From a virus, in the IMG/VR virus record IMGVR_UViG_3300043409_001462, positions 64,001-128,000 of that record: 64,000 bases of DNA. One strand, 5' to 3'. Below the pieces are notes generated by a model. That model did no database searches, was not told the origin of the DNA, and worked only from the letters and a program-made list of their open reading frames with translations. The translations under genes and the position numbers were made by a program. Every line of letters begins with the position of its first letter. The stretch's first letter is position 1. This document shows positions 48,281 to 56,333 of this stretch, piece after piece.

Positions 48281-49711
48281 ATGAATACCTTTGTAAATGC
48301 CGTTGTTAATCAGGAAGCTCGTACCGAAAATGGTATGAAGGCTCGCCAGTCTACTGCTAATGCATTGACTGATCTGTTCTTCAAGATCGGTGCTATGCGT
48401 GGTCAGAATGTAATTCCTGCTTGGACTGCTGCTCGTGCTCATGATACTTTGCTTGCATCTCGTATCGCTCTTTGGGCACGTGATGTTCGTGGTGGTGCTG
48501 GTGAACGTAAAATCTTCCGTGACATTTTAGTTGATCTTGCTTCAGCTGATCCTCATCGTGGTGTGGCTCTTGGTCGTAAGATTCCAGAGCTTGGTCGTTG
48601 GGATGACTTCCTTGTGTTCGTTGGTACCCCTCTTGAGGAGTATGCGTTCGAAACTATCCGCGAAGCTCTCGAAGCTGGTAATGGTCTCTGTGCAAAGTGG
48701 ATGCCTCGTCAAGGTGAAACAGCTGTAAAGCTTCGTAAGTACCTTGGTTGGACTCCTAAGTTCTACCGAAAGCGTCTGGTTGAATTGACCAAGGTTGTCG
48801 AAACTCAGATGTGCGCTAAGGACTGGGATAACATCAACTTCAACCATGTTCCTTCGGTTGCTTCTTCTCGTTACAAGAAGGCATTCGCTCGTCATACTGA
48901 CAAGTACAAGGAATGGACTGCGGCTCTTGTTTCTACTGATCCAGAGGTGGCTAAGTCTGTTAAGGTCAATGCTGGTGCGGTTTATCCTTACGATGTGTTG
49001 AAGGGTGTGATTAATCATTATGGGCGTTATGATCAATCTAACTTGAATCATATCCTTGCTCAGTGGGAAGCTTTGCCTAACTTCGTTGGTAATGCTAACA
49101 TTCTTCCGCTTGTTGACGTTTCTGGTTCAATGACTTCGAAGGCTGGTGGTTATCAGTCAAAGTCAGAAGTAACCTGCCTTGATGTTGCAGTTTCTCTTGG
49201 TCTGTATCTCGCAGACAAAAACAAGGGTAAGTTCAAGGATACTTTCTTGACCTTCTCTAGCGATCCTCAGCTGCTTCATCTTCGCGGTAACATCCTCGAT
49301 AAGGTAAAGCAGATGGTATCTTCAAAGTGGGAAATGAACACCAATTTGCATCGTGCGTTGGATAAGATCCTTCGCACCGCGATTGAAGGTAACGTTCCTC
49401 AGTCAGAAATGCCAGGTGCATTGTTGATCCTTTCTGATATGCAGTTTGATTCTTGCACTCGTCACGATGACTCTGCTATGGAAATGATTAAGCGTAAGTA
49501 TGTTGATGCTGGTTACAATGTACCTAACATTGTGTTCTGGAATCTCAATGCTCACGACAATGTTCCTGTCAAGTATGACACTCGTGGTGCTGCTCTTGTT
49601 TCTGGTTTCTCACCTTCTATCGTTAAGGCTGTTCTGCAGGCTGAGATGGATAACTTTACGCCAGAAGCTATCATGATGCAAACCATTATGAACCCACGAT
49701 ATGACTACTAA
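48281..49711 (+). CDS. DUF2828-family protein (Ro60/TROVE-like helical domain + C-terminal vWA)
   Basis: TENG, RDVRGG.GER, AKWMPR, VPSVA..YKKAF..H; MIDAS DVSGSM; SDMQFD, FWNL, SGFS. Confidence 0.8.
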   Translation: MNTFVNAVVNQEARTENGMKARQSTANALTDLFFKIGAMRGQNVIPAWTAARAHDTLLASRIALWARDVRGGAGERKIFRDILVDLASADPHRGVALGRKIPELGRWDDFLVFVGTPLEEYAFETIREALEAGNGLCAKWMPRQGETAVKLRKYLGWTPKFYRKRLVELTKVVETQMCAKDWDNINFNHVPSVASSRYKKAFARHTDKYKEWTAALVSTDPEVAKSVKVNAGAVYPYDVLKGVINHYGRYDQSNLNHILAQWEALPNFVGNANILPLVDVSGSMTSKAGGYQSKSEVTCLDVAVSLGLYLADKNKGKFKDTFLTFSSDPQLLHLRGNILDKVKQMVSSKWEMNTNLHRALDKILRTAIEGNVPQSEMPGALLILSDMQFDSCTRHDDSAMEMIKRKYVDAGYNVPNIVFWNLNAHDNVPVKYDTRGAALVSGFSPSIVKAVLQAEMDNFTPEAIMMQTIMNPRYDY

Positions 49712-49743
49712 GGAAAAGCTTATAGTATTCCTTATGCTAATGT

Positions 49744-49770
49744 GGATGCCCATTGTTGTGATGGGCATCC
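49744..49770 (+). terminator. Strong hairpin after DUF2828 gene (terminator or processing signal)
   Basis: GGATGCCCAT..ATGGGCATCC inverted repeat; weak T tail. Confidence 0.45.
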
Positions 49771-49780
49771 TATTCTTCAC

Positions 49781-49856
49781 GCTGCAATAGCTCAGTTGGT
49801 AGAGCACTTGATTAGTAATCAAGATGTCGCGAGTTCGATCCTTGCTTGCAGCACCA
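49781..49856 (+). tRNA. tRNA-Thr(AGU)
   Basis: CTTGA-TTAGTAA-TCAAG anticodon arm; canonical D/T arms; CCA. Confidence 0.9.
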
Positions 49857-49933
49857 GCCCATATAGTCCAATTGGAAGAGGCGTCGGCTTCAAACTCCGA
49901 ATGTTGTAGGTTCGAGTCCTACTATGGGCACCA
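49857..49933 (+). tRNA. tRNA-Leu(CAA), short variable loop
   Basis: Loop TTCAAAC; A73; CCA; paralogous to tRNA at 47582. Confidence 0.82.
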
Positions 49934-49934
49934 T

Positions 49935-50008
49935 GCTACCTTAGTGTAATGGCAGCACCCGAGTTTGTGGAGCTTGGAGCACAGGATCGATACCTGTAGG
50001 TAGTACCA
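49935..50008 (+). tRNA. tRNA-His(GUG), no G-1, A73
   Basis: Loop TTGTGGA; GCTACCT/AGGTAGT acceptor; preceding base is T. Confidence 0.85.
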
Positions 50009-50015
50009 TATTAAT

Positions 50016-50090
50016 GCCGATGTAGCTCAGTGGTAGAGCATTCGCTTCATACGCGACTGGTCACTGGTTCAAATCCAGTTTTCGGCACCA
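50016..50090 (+). tRNA. tRNA-Met or Ile2 (CAU)
   Basis: Loop TTCATAC; paired G1:C72; CCA. Confidence 0.88.
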
Positions 50091-50144
50091 ATCCCCGCCA
50101 TCCCGATACGTCGGTTGGCACCTCCAGCTTCAGGGCTGGAGAAT

Positions 50145-50220
50145 GCTCCTCTGGTATAGCTGGTGCGTACGCTCGTCTGAAGAACGAGAGGATGCGGTTC
50201 GATTCCGTGGGGGAGCACCA
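50145..50220 (+). tRNA. tRNA-Phe(GAA)
   Basis: Loop CTGAAGA; CCA. Confidence 0.85.
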
Positions 50221-50222
50221 AA

Positions 50223-50230
50223 TATAAATA
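50223..50230 (+). promoter_or_regulatory. T4-type late promoter TATAAATA
   Basis: Exact consensus. Confidence 0.6.
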
Positions 50231-50248
50231 TCTCAAAATGGAGATATT

Positions 50249-50359
50249 ATGTACAAAATATACACGCTAGTGATTGATAACATTACCAAATTAGTTTGGT
50301 TAGCATTAATGACCTATTGGTTATCCGATGGTGTCAAGATAACGTCGCTATTCAAATGA
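50249..50359 (+). CDS. Small hydrophobic peptide (36 aa)
   Basis: GGAGA RBS after late promoter; ATGA overlap with next gene. Confidence 0.4.
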   Translation: MYKIYTLVIDNITKLVWLALMTYWLSDGVKITSLFK

Positions 50360-51003
50360 AGAAATTAGCTCTCTTCAATCATCACCCTGAATGTTCTAAT
50401 CAGTGTTGTATGGGTATGATGAGAGCTTTAGAACCACATTATAAAGTCAAGTGGTTTGATGTTCGTTCCAATCTAGACGAGGTGCTTGATAATGTGGATG
50501 GGTTACTTTTTCCTGGTGGCATTGGCGATAGTGATTCCTATTTCGATTTCTTTACACGTTCTAAAGCTAACAAAATCGCATCGTTTATTGCTAGAGGCGG
50601 TCGGTATATCGGCATTTGTATGGGTGCTTATTGGGCTGGGTCTAGATATTTTGACATTCTTGACAATGTAGATGCGGTTCAGTATATTAAAAGACCAACA
50701 GCTGAGATACGCCGAAGCTATGGCACGGTTGCTGATATCGAATGGCTTGGTCAAAAAGAAAAGATGTTCTTCTATGATGGCTGTACCTTTGTTGGACCAG
50801 GTCGCTATGATACTATTGCCAAGTATGCCAACGATGAACCAATGGCGATCATTCAAGGCAACATAGGTATTATTGGTTGCCACCCTGAGAGCGAAGAGTT
50901 TTGGTTCGAAGATCCTTATCAATATATCAACAAACACTGGCATAAAGGTAAGCATCATCAGTTACTACTAGAATTCGTAAATAAGTTATGGAGAGTTGGC
51001 TGA
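50356..51003 (+). CDS. BPL-N / class I glutamine amidotransferase-like protein
   Basis: FPGG, YIGICMGAY (catalytic Cys elbow), HPE. Confidence 0.75.
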   Translation: MKKLALFNHHPECSNQCCMGMMRALEPHYKVKWFDVRSNLDEVLDNVDGLLFPGGIGDSDSYFDFFTRSKANKIASFIARGGRYIGICMGAYWAGSRYFDILDNVDAVQYIKRPTAEIRRSYGTVADIEWLGQKEKMFFYDGCTFVGPGRYDTIAKYANDEPMAIIQGNIGIIGCHPESEEFWFEDPYQYINKHWHKGKHHQLLLEFVNKLWRVG

Positions 51004-51079
51004 GTGGCCTAAAGCACTCGTTTGCTAAATGAGCGAAGGTGAAAATCTTCCGTGAGTTCGAATCTCACACTCTCCGCCA
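50990..51079 (+). tRNA. tRNA-Ser(GCU)
   Basis: Long variable arm; loop TTGCTAA; CCA. Confidence 0.92.
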
Positions 51080-51093
51080 TATAAATAAAAAGT

Positions 51094-51167
51094 ATCAGTG
51101 AAGTGTTACGGTAGCACATCGGTCTCCAAAACTGAGGGCGAGGGTTCGACTCCTTCCACTGGTGCCA
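51094..51167 (+). tRNA. tRNA-Trp(CCA)
   Basis: Loop CTCCAAA; G73; CCA. Confidence 0.9.
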
Positions 51168-51221
51168 TTTCATACAATGCTTTTGATGAAGATTTTGTCA
51201 TATTCATCAAAGGAGTAATAT

Positions 51222-52952
51222 ATGAAAAAAATATTAGCGTTTATTGCTGCACTTTTCTGCGTAACTTCAGTATATGCACAAACTTTACCATCAGGTTCAA
51301 TTGGTACAGTAACAAACAATACACCTAACACCTGGCAAACATTCACATACACATTCACACCATCAACAACTGGTGCTAACTTTCTCGGCTTTGCATTTCG
51401 TCAGGATCCAGCTTTCTGGACTTTCGATAATGTAAAGCTTACAGCTGCTGGTTCAACAACTAATCTTTTGACTAATGGTGCGTTTGACAATGGTGGTTCA
51501 TTTAGTGTAACAACCAGCAATGGTCCATCATCCATTCAAGCCCCAACTAACTGGGGTGTTTGGTATCAGAATGGAACATATCCAGCCGCTGCTGGTCAGT
51601 GGCAAAGCTCAGGTGTTTGGTACGATGGTGCTGTTGGTACATTCGATGGTATCTATCAGGGCATAGTCCTACAAGCAGGAACAACTTATACCATAGCCTT
51701 TGATGTCAGTGGAAACAATACTGCTAACACTAGCTCTATTCAGCTTGGTGCATATGGTGGCGCTTGTGCTGATGTATCGGTTTCACCCGATCAATGTACT
51801 ATTCCATCGTCTGTTGGCTTCACGACATTAGCAACTCCAGCTCAAGGCGCTTCTGCTGGTGGACCACCAACTCCTCCACCTGTTACTCTTGTCAGCACTA
51901 CAAACGCTCCATCAACTTCTGTTGCAACAACGGTAAATGGTACAGCTGTAACAGTTAACAATGTAGCTACTGGTGGTACAAATAATGGTAGATGGATTGC
52001 TGTAACAAGAACAACAACACCTGTTACTACAAGACCATTTACTGTCACAACTGTGACAACTCCACACGCTACTGAAACTTATAGCGATGGAACAACTGTT
52101 ACAACAAATGGTACTGCTGTAACAACTACTCAAACTGGTGCTACTGTTACTGTAGGTCAATCAACAGCTCAAACTGCTTCTGCTTCTGCTATTGCTCTCA
52201 AAGATGCAATGGCTATTAGTAGATTCAATCCATTTATTGTAGATGCTCTTGCAACCAAAGATGGTGCATGGGCAACTCCTTCTATGGGATATGCTAAGAC
52301 TGGTGGTTCATTTAGAACAAGTGGTCTTGGACTTGGCGCTCAGACAACTGTAGAAGAGAATACTTTTGGTATCGCTGGTACATTTGGTAAAACAAACAGT
52401 AGTGGTTATCTAAACTCTCAATCTCAAGCTGATACATATGGTGCAACTGCATATGTTTTAAGCAGACAGAGTGATATTTGGGTAAAAGGATCTGTTGGGT
52501 TCAATGTGTCAGAATATAACACAACAACATCACTTCCAGTGTTTGCTCTTATCAATCAGAGCAATGTAAGAGCTAAGAATTATTATGCTGATGTGACATT
52601 CTACTCTGCGCAGGAGTATTTTGGCTTCAGACCGTTGGTTGGCGTTGTTGTAACTAACTCAACAATATCATCAAAGGCTCAATCAGGTTCGCCTCTGCTT
52701 TCAACATTACCGACTGATGATAGAGTTATCGAAGCTCGACCATATGCTGGTATCAGATTTGATATTGACCAGACATTTGGAATTGAAACAAGAGTAACAC
52801 AATCAAAAGACTTCAAGACAGTTGGACAGGCTCGTTTGACTGCTAATCATGAAGTGTTCAAGGATGTGTTCTTCAACGTTCAAGCTGGGTTTGAAAAAGG
52901 TTCTGGTTACACAGCAGCTGTAGGTATGATTGGTTTGAAAATCAACTTCTAA
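51222..52952 (+). CDS. Secreted/outer-membrane protein: signal peptide, beta-sandwich passenger, Thr-rich linker, autotransporter-like barrel
   Basis: MKKILAFIAALFCVTSVYA signal; alternating beta pattern ending GLKINF. Confidence 0.65.
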   Translation: MKKILAFIAALFCVTSVYAQTLPSGSIGTVTNNTPNTWQTFTYTFTPSTTGANFLGFAFRQDPAFWTFDNVKLTAAGSTTNLLTNGAFDNGGSFSVTTSNGPSSIQAPTNWGVWYQNGTYPAAAGQWQSSGVWYDGAVGTFDGIYQGIVLQAGTTYTIAFDVSGNNTANTSSIQLGAYGGACADVSVSPDQCTIPSSVGFTTLATPAQGASAGGPPTPPPVTLVSTTNAPSTSVATTVNGTAVTVNNVATGGTNNGRWIAVTRTTTPVTTRPFTVTTVTTPHATETYSDGTTVTTNGTAVTTTQTGATVTVGQSTAQTASASAIALKDAMAISRFNPFIVDALATKDGAWATPSMGYAKTGGSFRTSGLGLGAQTTVEENTFGIAGTFGKTNSSGYLNSQSQADTYGATAYVLSRQSDIWVKGSVGFNVSEYNTTTSLPVFALINQSNVRAKNYYADVTFYSAQEYFGFRPLVGVVVTNSTISSKAQSGSPLLSTLPTDDRVIEARPYAGIRFDIDQTFGIETRVTQSKDFKTVGQARLTANHEVFKDVFFNVQAGFEKGSGYTAAVGMIGLKINF

Positions 52953-52956
52953 TTCG

Positions 52957-52980
52957 GGGGAGCTTCGGCTCCCTTTTTTT
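52957..52980 (+). terminator. Intrinsic terminator
   Basis: GGGAGC-TTCG-GCTCCC plus T7. Confidence 0.9.
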
Positions 52981-53022
52981 ATTATCTAAATATCAAATAT
53001 GTGAATCGATTCGGAGTTTGAT

Positions 53023-54192
53023 ATGATCTATGGTTATCATCCTACATACTATAAACATTTTTTGAGAATTGCTTCTAAATATCCTAACGATAGCAGAGCG
53101 AAACAAATCTTAAACTTTAACTTCCACAGCAGAAAGGAAAATCCTCTCTGGTGGATTAGTCGTTTTATGCACAATCAAGTTCCAGTTGACAGAACTGATA
53201 CATTTAATATTCTTAAGGTTGACACTTGGTCGATACCAGATGTAGATACATCATTCAAAAAAACATTCGATCAAATATGCTACGGAACAGCTACAGAATA
53301 CTGGAACAATAATGACGACGTAAGCGTTCTTTGGTCTGGTGGATTAGATAGCACATGTGTCGCTATTGCATTCATAGAAACAAAACCAGCTGGTAAAAAA
53401 CTAACATTGGTAGGCACGCAAGAAAGCGTTGACGAGTATCCCTCTTTCTATGAACAGCATAAAGCTTTAATGAAGATTGATACTACTGAAGAATTTTGGG
53501 GAAGGTTTAAATATCATCAAAATGAAACTCTGTATGTTTCTGGTGATATTGGGGACCAAATATTCGGCGGTGTTATAGATGAATATGCTGATCATAAAGA
53601 CGAACCTTGGGAGAGCTTTATCGAGTGGAAAGATGTGTTCGAACAAAGTGCTTTCAATGCAGATAATTTAATCCGAGATTGGTATAAGGATGAAAAAAGT
53701 TTATTCATCAAAAGATTTACTGAGTTCAATAAAAAAGCACCATTCCCAATCGTTACTATTTTAGATTTTGTCTGGTGGTTAACATTTACAACTAGATTTA
53801 ATGGTGCTGCAAACAACATAACAAATCTTGTCAATGCAGTTTATAAATTAGAAAAAGCTGCTATAGGAACAGTTAACTGTTTCTTTCACAACTACGAATT
53901 TGAACAATGGTCGATGCTTAATCATCATTTGAAATTTCCTGGCGGACCAGAAACATACAAACAACCTATCAAAGATTTTATTGCGAAGTACAATGGTGAT
54001 ATGGATTTTCTTCTCAATAAAAGAAAAGAAAAATCTACACCTCGCCTTTTAGGAAGCGATGATTGGTTTAAACAATGGCGCTTGAACGATTACTCAAATT
54101 ATTATTTGATTATGTCAGATGGAACCATATATAATACTAAGAATGACATTCCTTTCGAACTGATGGTAAAGTCTTTAACATTTATAAAGTGA
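53023..54192 (+). CDS. PP-loop adenylating enzyme, paralogue 2
   Basis: WSGGLDS, SGDIGDQIFG, DFVWW motifs. Confidence 0.7.
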   Translation: MIYGYHPTYYKHFLRIASKYPNDSRAKQILNFNFHSRKENPLWWISRFMHNQVPVDRTDTFNILKVDTWSIPDVDTSFKKTFDQICYGTATEYWNNNDDVSVLWSGGLDSTCVAIAFIETKPAGKKLTLVGTQESVDEYPSFYEQHKALMKIDTTEEFWGRFKYHQNETLYVSGDIGDQIFGGVIDEYADHKDEPWESFIEWKDVFEQSAFNADNLIRDWYKDEKSLFIKRFTEFNKKAPFPIVTILDFVWWLTFTTRFNGAANNITNLVNAVYKLEKAAIGTVNCFFHNYEFEQWSMLNHHLKFPGGPETYKQPIKDFIAKYNGDMDFLLNKRKEKSTPRLLGSDDWFKQWRLNDYSNYYLIMSDGTIYNTKNDIPFELMVKSLTFIK

Positions 54193-54198
54193 GATGAT

Positions 54199-54951
54199 AT
54201 GGAAAGAATTATTGGAAGTGTTTTAGATGGTCACTATTATAATGATGATGGGTCTCGGAAGAAGATAGGAATATACTGTCAGCAAATAGATAGGTGGATT
54301 CTTATTGATGAATATGACATGTGGATTACATTTAAAACTGCACAAGCTTTATCATCAAAATTAGCAACTACTGTTTATATTCTTTCTGGTGATTTGCAGG
54401 GTATGAACAACGAGAACTGTATTGAATATAGCATCCTAAACAAAACGATATTCAAACGCAAAAACGTTGCTGATCTGATTCAAAATCAAACTCCTACTAT
54501 GAAAAAGGTAGTCGACGATAATATTGTTAAGGTTGGATTGCCTGAAGATTTTTTGTCAATTGTTGGGCGCAAGAAGTTAGAAAAAATGAAAAAATATGTA
54601 AATTTTGTTAACAAGTGTATCTACGGTGTAGAAATATGTAATTCTAAAAATTGGATTGATAATAAAACTGTAGCCATAGTATATCATCCGAAAGAATGGA
54701 GCGATGTGATAACACCATATGAACACAAATCAGAATCAGATAAAAGTGTGTTCAGCGAAATCAATGGCGTTCTGTATTTTTCCAACTCAGTTAAAGAAGC
54801 TAAAGCTGAGATAAAGAATTTGTTTCAATTTTATCTAGATGAATGTTTGGTATCGACCAATCTTGTAAACGTTTTTTATAATGTCATCAAAGAAAAAAAT
54901 CCATTCTCAGAGTATGTCTATAAAACTTCTAACTTTTACAAAACTACTTGA
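54199..54951 (+). CDS. Hypothetical protein
   Basis: 250-aa ORF between PP-loop paralogues. Confidence 0.6.
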   Translation: MERIIGSVLDGHYYNDDGSRKKIGIYCQQIDRWILIDEYDMWITFKTAQALSSKLATTVYILSGDLQGMNNENCIEYSILNKTIFKRKNVADLIQNQTPTMKKVVDDNIVKVGLPEDFLSIVGRKKLEKMKKYVNFVNKCIYGVEICNSKNWIDNKTVAIVYHPKEWSDVITPYEHKSESDKSVFSEINGVLYFSNSVKEAKAEIKNLFQFYLDECLVSTNLVNVFYNVIKEKNPFSEYVYKTSNFYKTT

Positions 54952-54965
54952 ACGAGTAAATCATC

Positions 54966-56273
54966 ATGATAACTTCAGACGAAACACTTTATTTTTTTAA
55001 CATAAGAGACCAGCAAAAGTTTTGGAAAGAAATTTATCCATCGGCTCCACCAGCAAGTAAATTTTATATTGACATCACAAAAAGAATAAACCCACATAGA
55101 CTTTGTAATAGAAACGAAGGCGAGTGGAGTTTACCTTGGAAGCAACACGCTCCTGATAAATTTAAAATGCTTCCATACAATCCAAATTTTAATAAAACGT
55201 ATGAAGAAGTAACTGATGAAAGAGCTATGGATATCAAACGAGGTATCCATGCTGGTAAAAAATATGCAGTGATGTATTCTGGTGGTATGGATTCTACCAG
55301 TGTTGTTGTCGCACTATTAAAGAACTTGACCAAGGAAGAATTAAAATGCGTTACGATATGCGCATCGATTCATAGTCTTGTAGAATATCCCCTTTTCTGG
55401 CGCAAATATATTCAAGATAAATTTGAAGTTTTAGATTCCAACAAATATTTGTACGACGATTATATTGGTATGGGTTATACTCCTATCACAGCTGATGAGG
55501 GTGATTGTATCTTTGGTACTTCTATCGGATTGCAACTTTATCATAATTACGATTATCTTGTTGGGTTGCAGGATCCTGCGGTGCAGGGTAATTTAATGAA
55601 ATTGAAATATCGAATATCAGATGGTGATGTTCATTATAGTCTTTTTAAAGATGTTATCGCTAGATATTTTGCATATGACGATACGCCTTCTGGATTAGAA
55701 TTCGGCAGGTTACTTTATGCGAAGTATCATCGTAATATTATTACGTCTTCCGTGCCAATTTATTCTCTACACGATTTCTTTTGGTGGCTTATCTTCAACG
55801 TAAAATATTTGAATTGTTCAATCCGTGGCGCTATTTTCTTCAACGCTACAATGCCTTTCGATAAGTGCGTTGACTCTATTGAAAACTGGTTTAATGGACC
55901 TGGATTTCAGTACTGGAGTATGAATAACAATAACAATGGATTGAAAATTAAAAAGACTCTAGCTTCATATAAACATATTCAAAGGAAATATATCTACGAT
56001 TTCACCAAAGATGATTGGTATTTTTGGTACAAAACCAAGCTAGAATCTATGGGTAATTTGTCTGTCAAGGGTAAAAATGATATGTCTAAATCATTTACCA
56101 ATAGCGTTATTGGAATTAATGATAAGAATGAGTATCTTTGTATCCCTGACCCTGATGATTTAGATTCAGTTGTCAATAGCAAATATCAAGGTGTGTATCA
56201 TTATGGTCCAGATGTGAGAAATTTTTTCGAAGAATCATTAATGAAATTCGAAATAGACTGGATGGATGACTAA
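54966..56273 (+). CDS. PP-loop adenylating enzyme, paralogue 3
   Basis: YSGGMDS, TADEGDCIFG, DFFWW motifs. Confidence 0.7.
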   Translation: MITSDETLYFFNIRDQQKFWKEIYPSAPPASKFYIDITKRINPHRLCNRNEGEWSLPWKQHAPDKFKMLPYNPNFNKTYEEVTDERAMDIKRGIHAGKKYAVMYSGGMDSTSVVVALLKNLTKEELKCVTICASIHSLVEYPLFWRKYIQDKFEVLDSNKYLYDDYIGMGYTPITADEGDCIFGTSIGLQLYHNYDYLVGLQDPAVQGNLMKLKYRISDGDVHYSLFKDVIARYFAYDDTPSGLEFGRLLYAKYHRNIITSSVPIYSLHDFFWWLIFNVKYLNCSIRGAIFFNATMPFDKCVDSIENWFNGPGFQYWSMNNNNNGLKIKKTLASYKHIQRKYIYDFTKDDWYFWYKTKLESMGNLSVKGKNDMSKSFTNSVIGINDKNEYLCIPDPDDLDSVVNSKYQGVYHYGPDVRNFFEESLMKFEIDWMDD

Positions 56274-56333
56274 ATAGAGTTGCAGGGGTCATGACCTGTA
56301 TCATTTAACGTTAAATCAACATGGAGTTTTTTA

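Noticed and set aside
50091-50143. Two GC-rich hairpins between tRNA-Met/Ile2 and tRNA-Phe as a separate ncRNA
   Set aside because: Short, with no closing stem or recognisable motif; could be a simple spacer or processing structure
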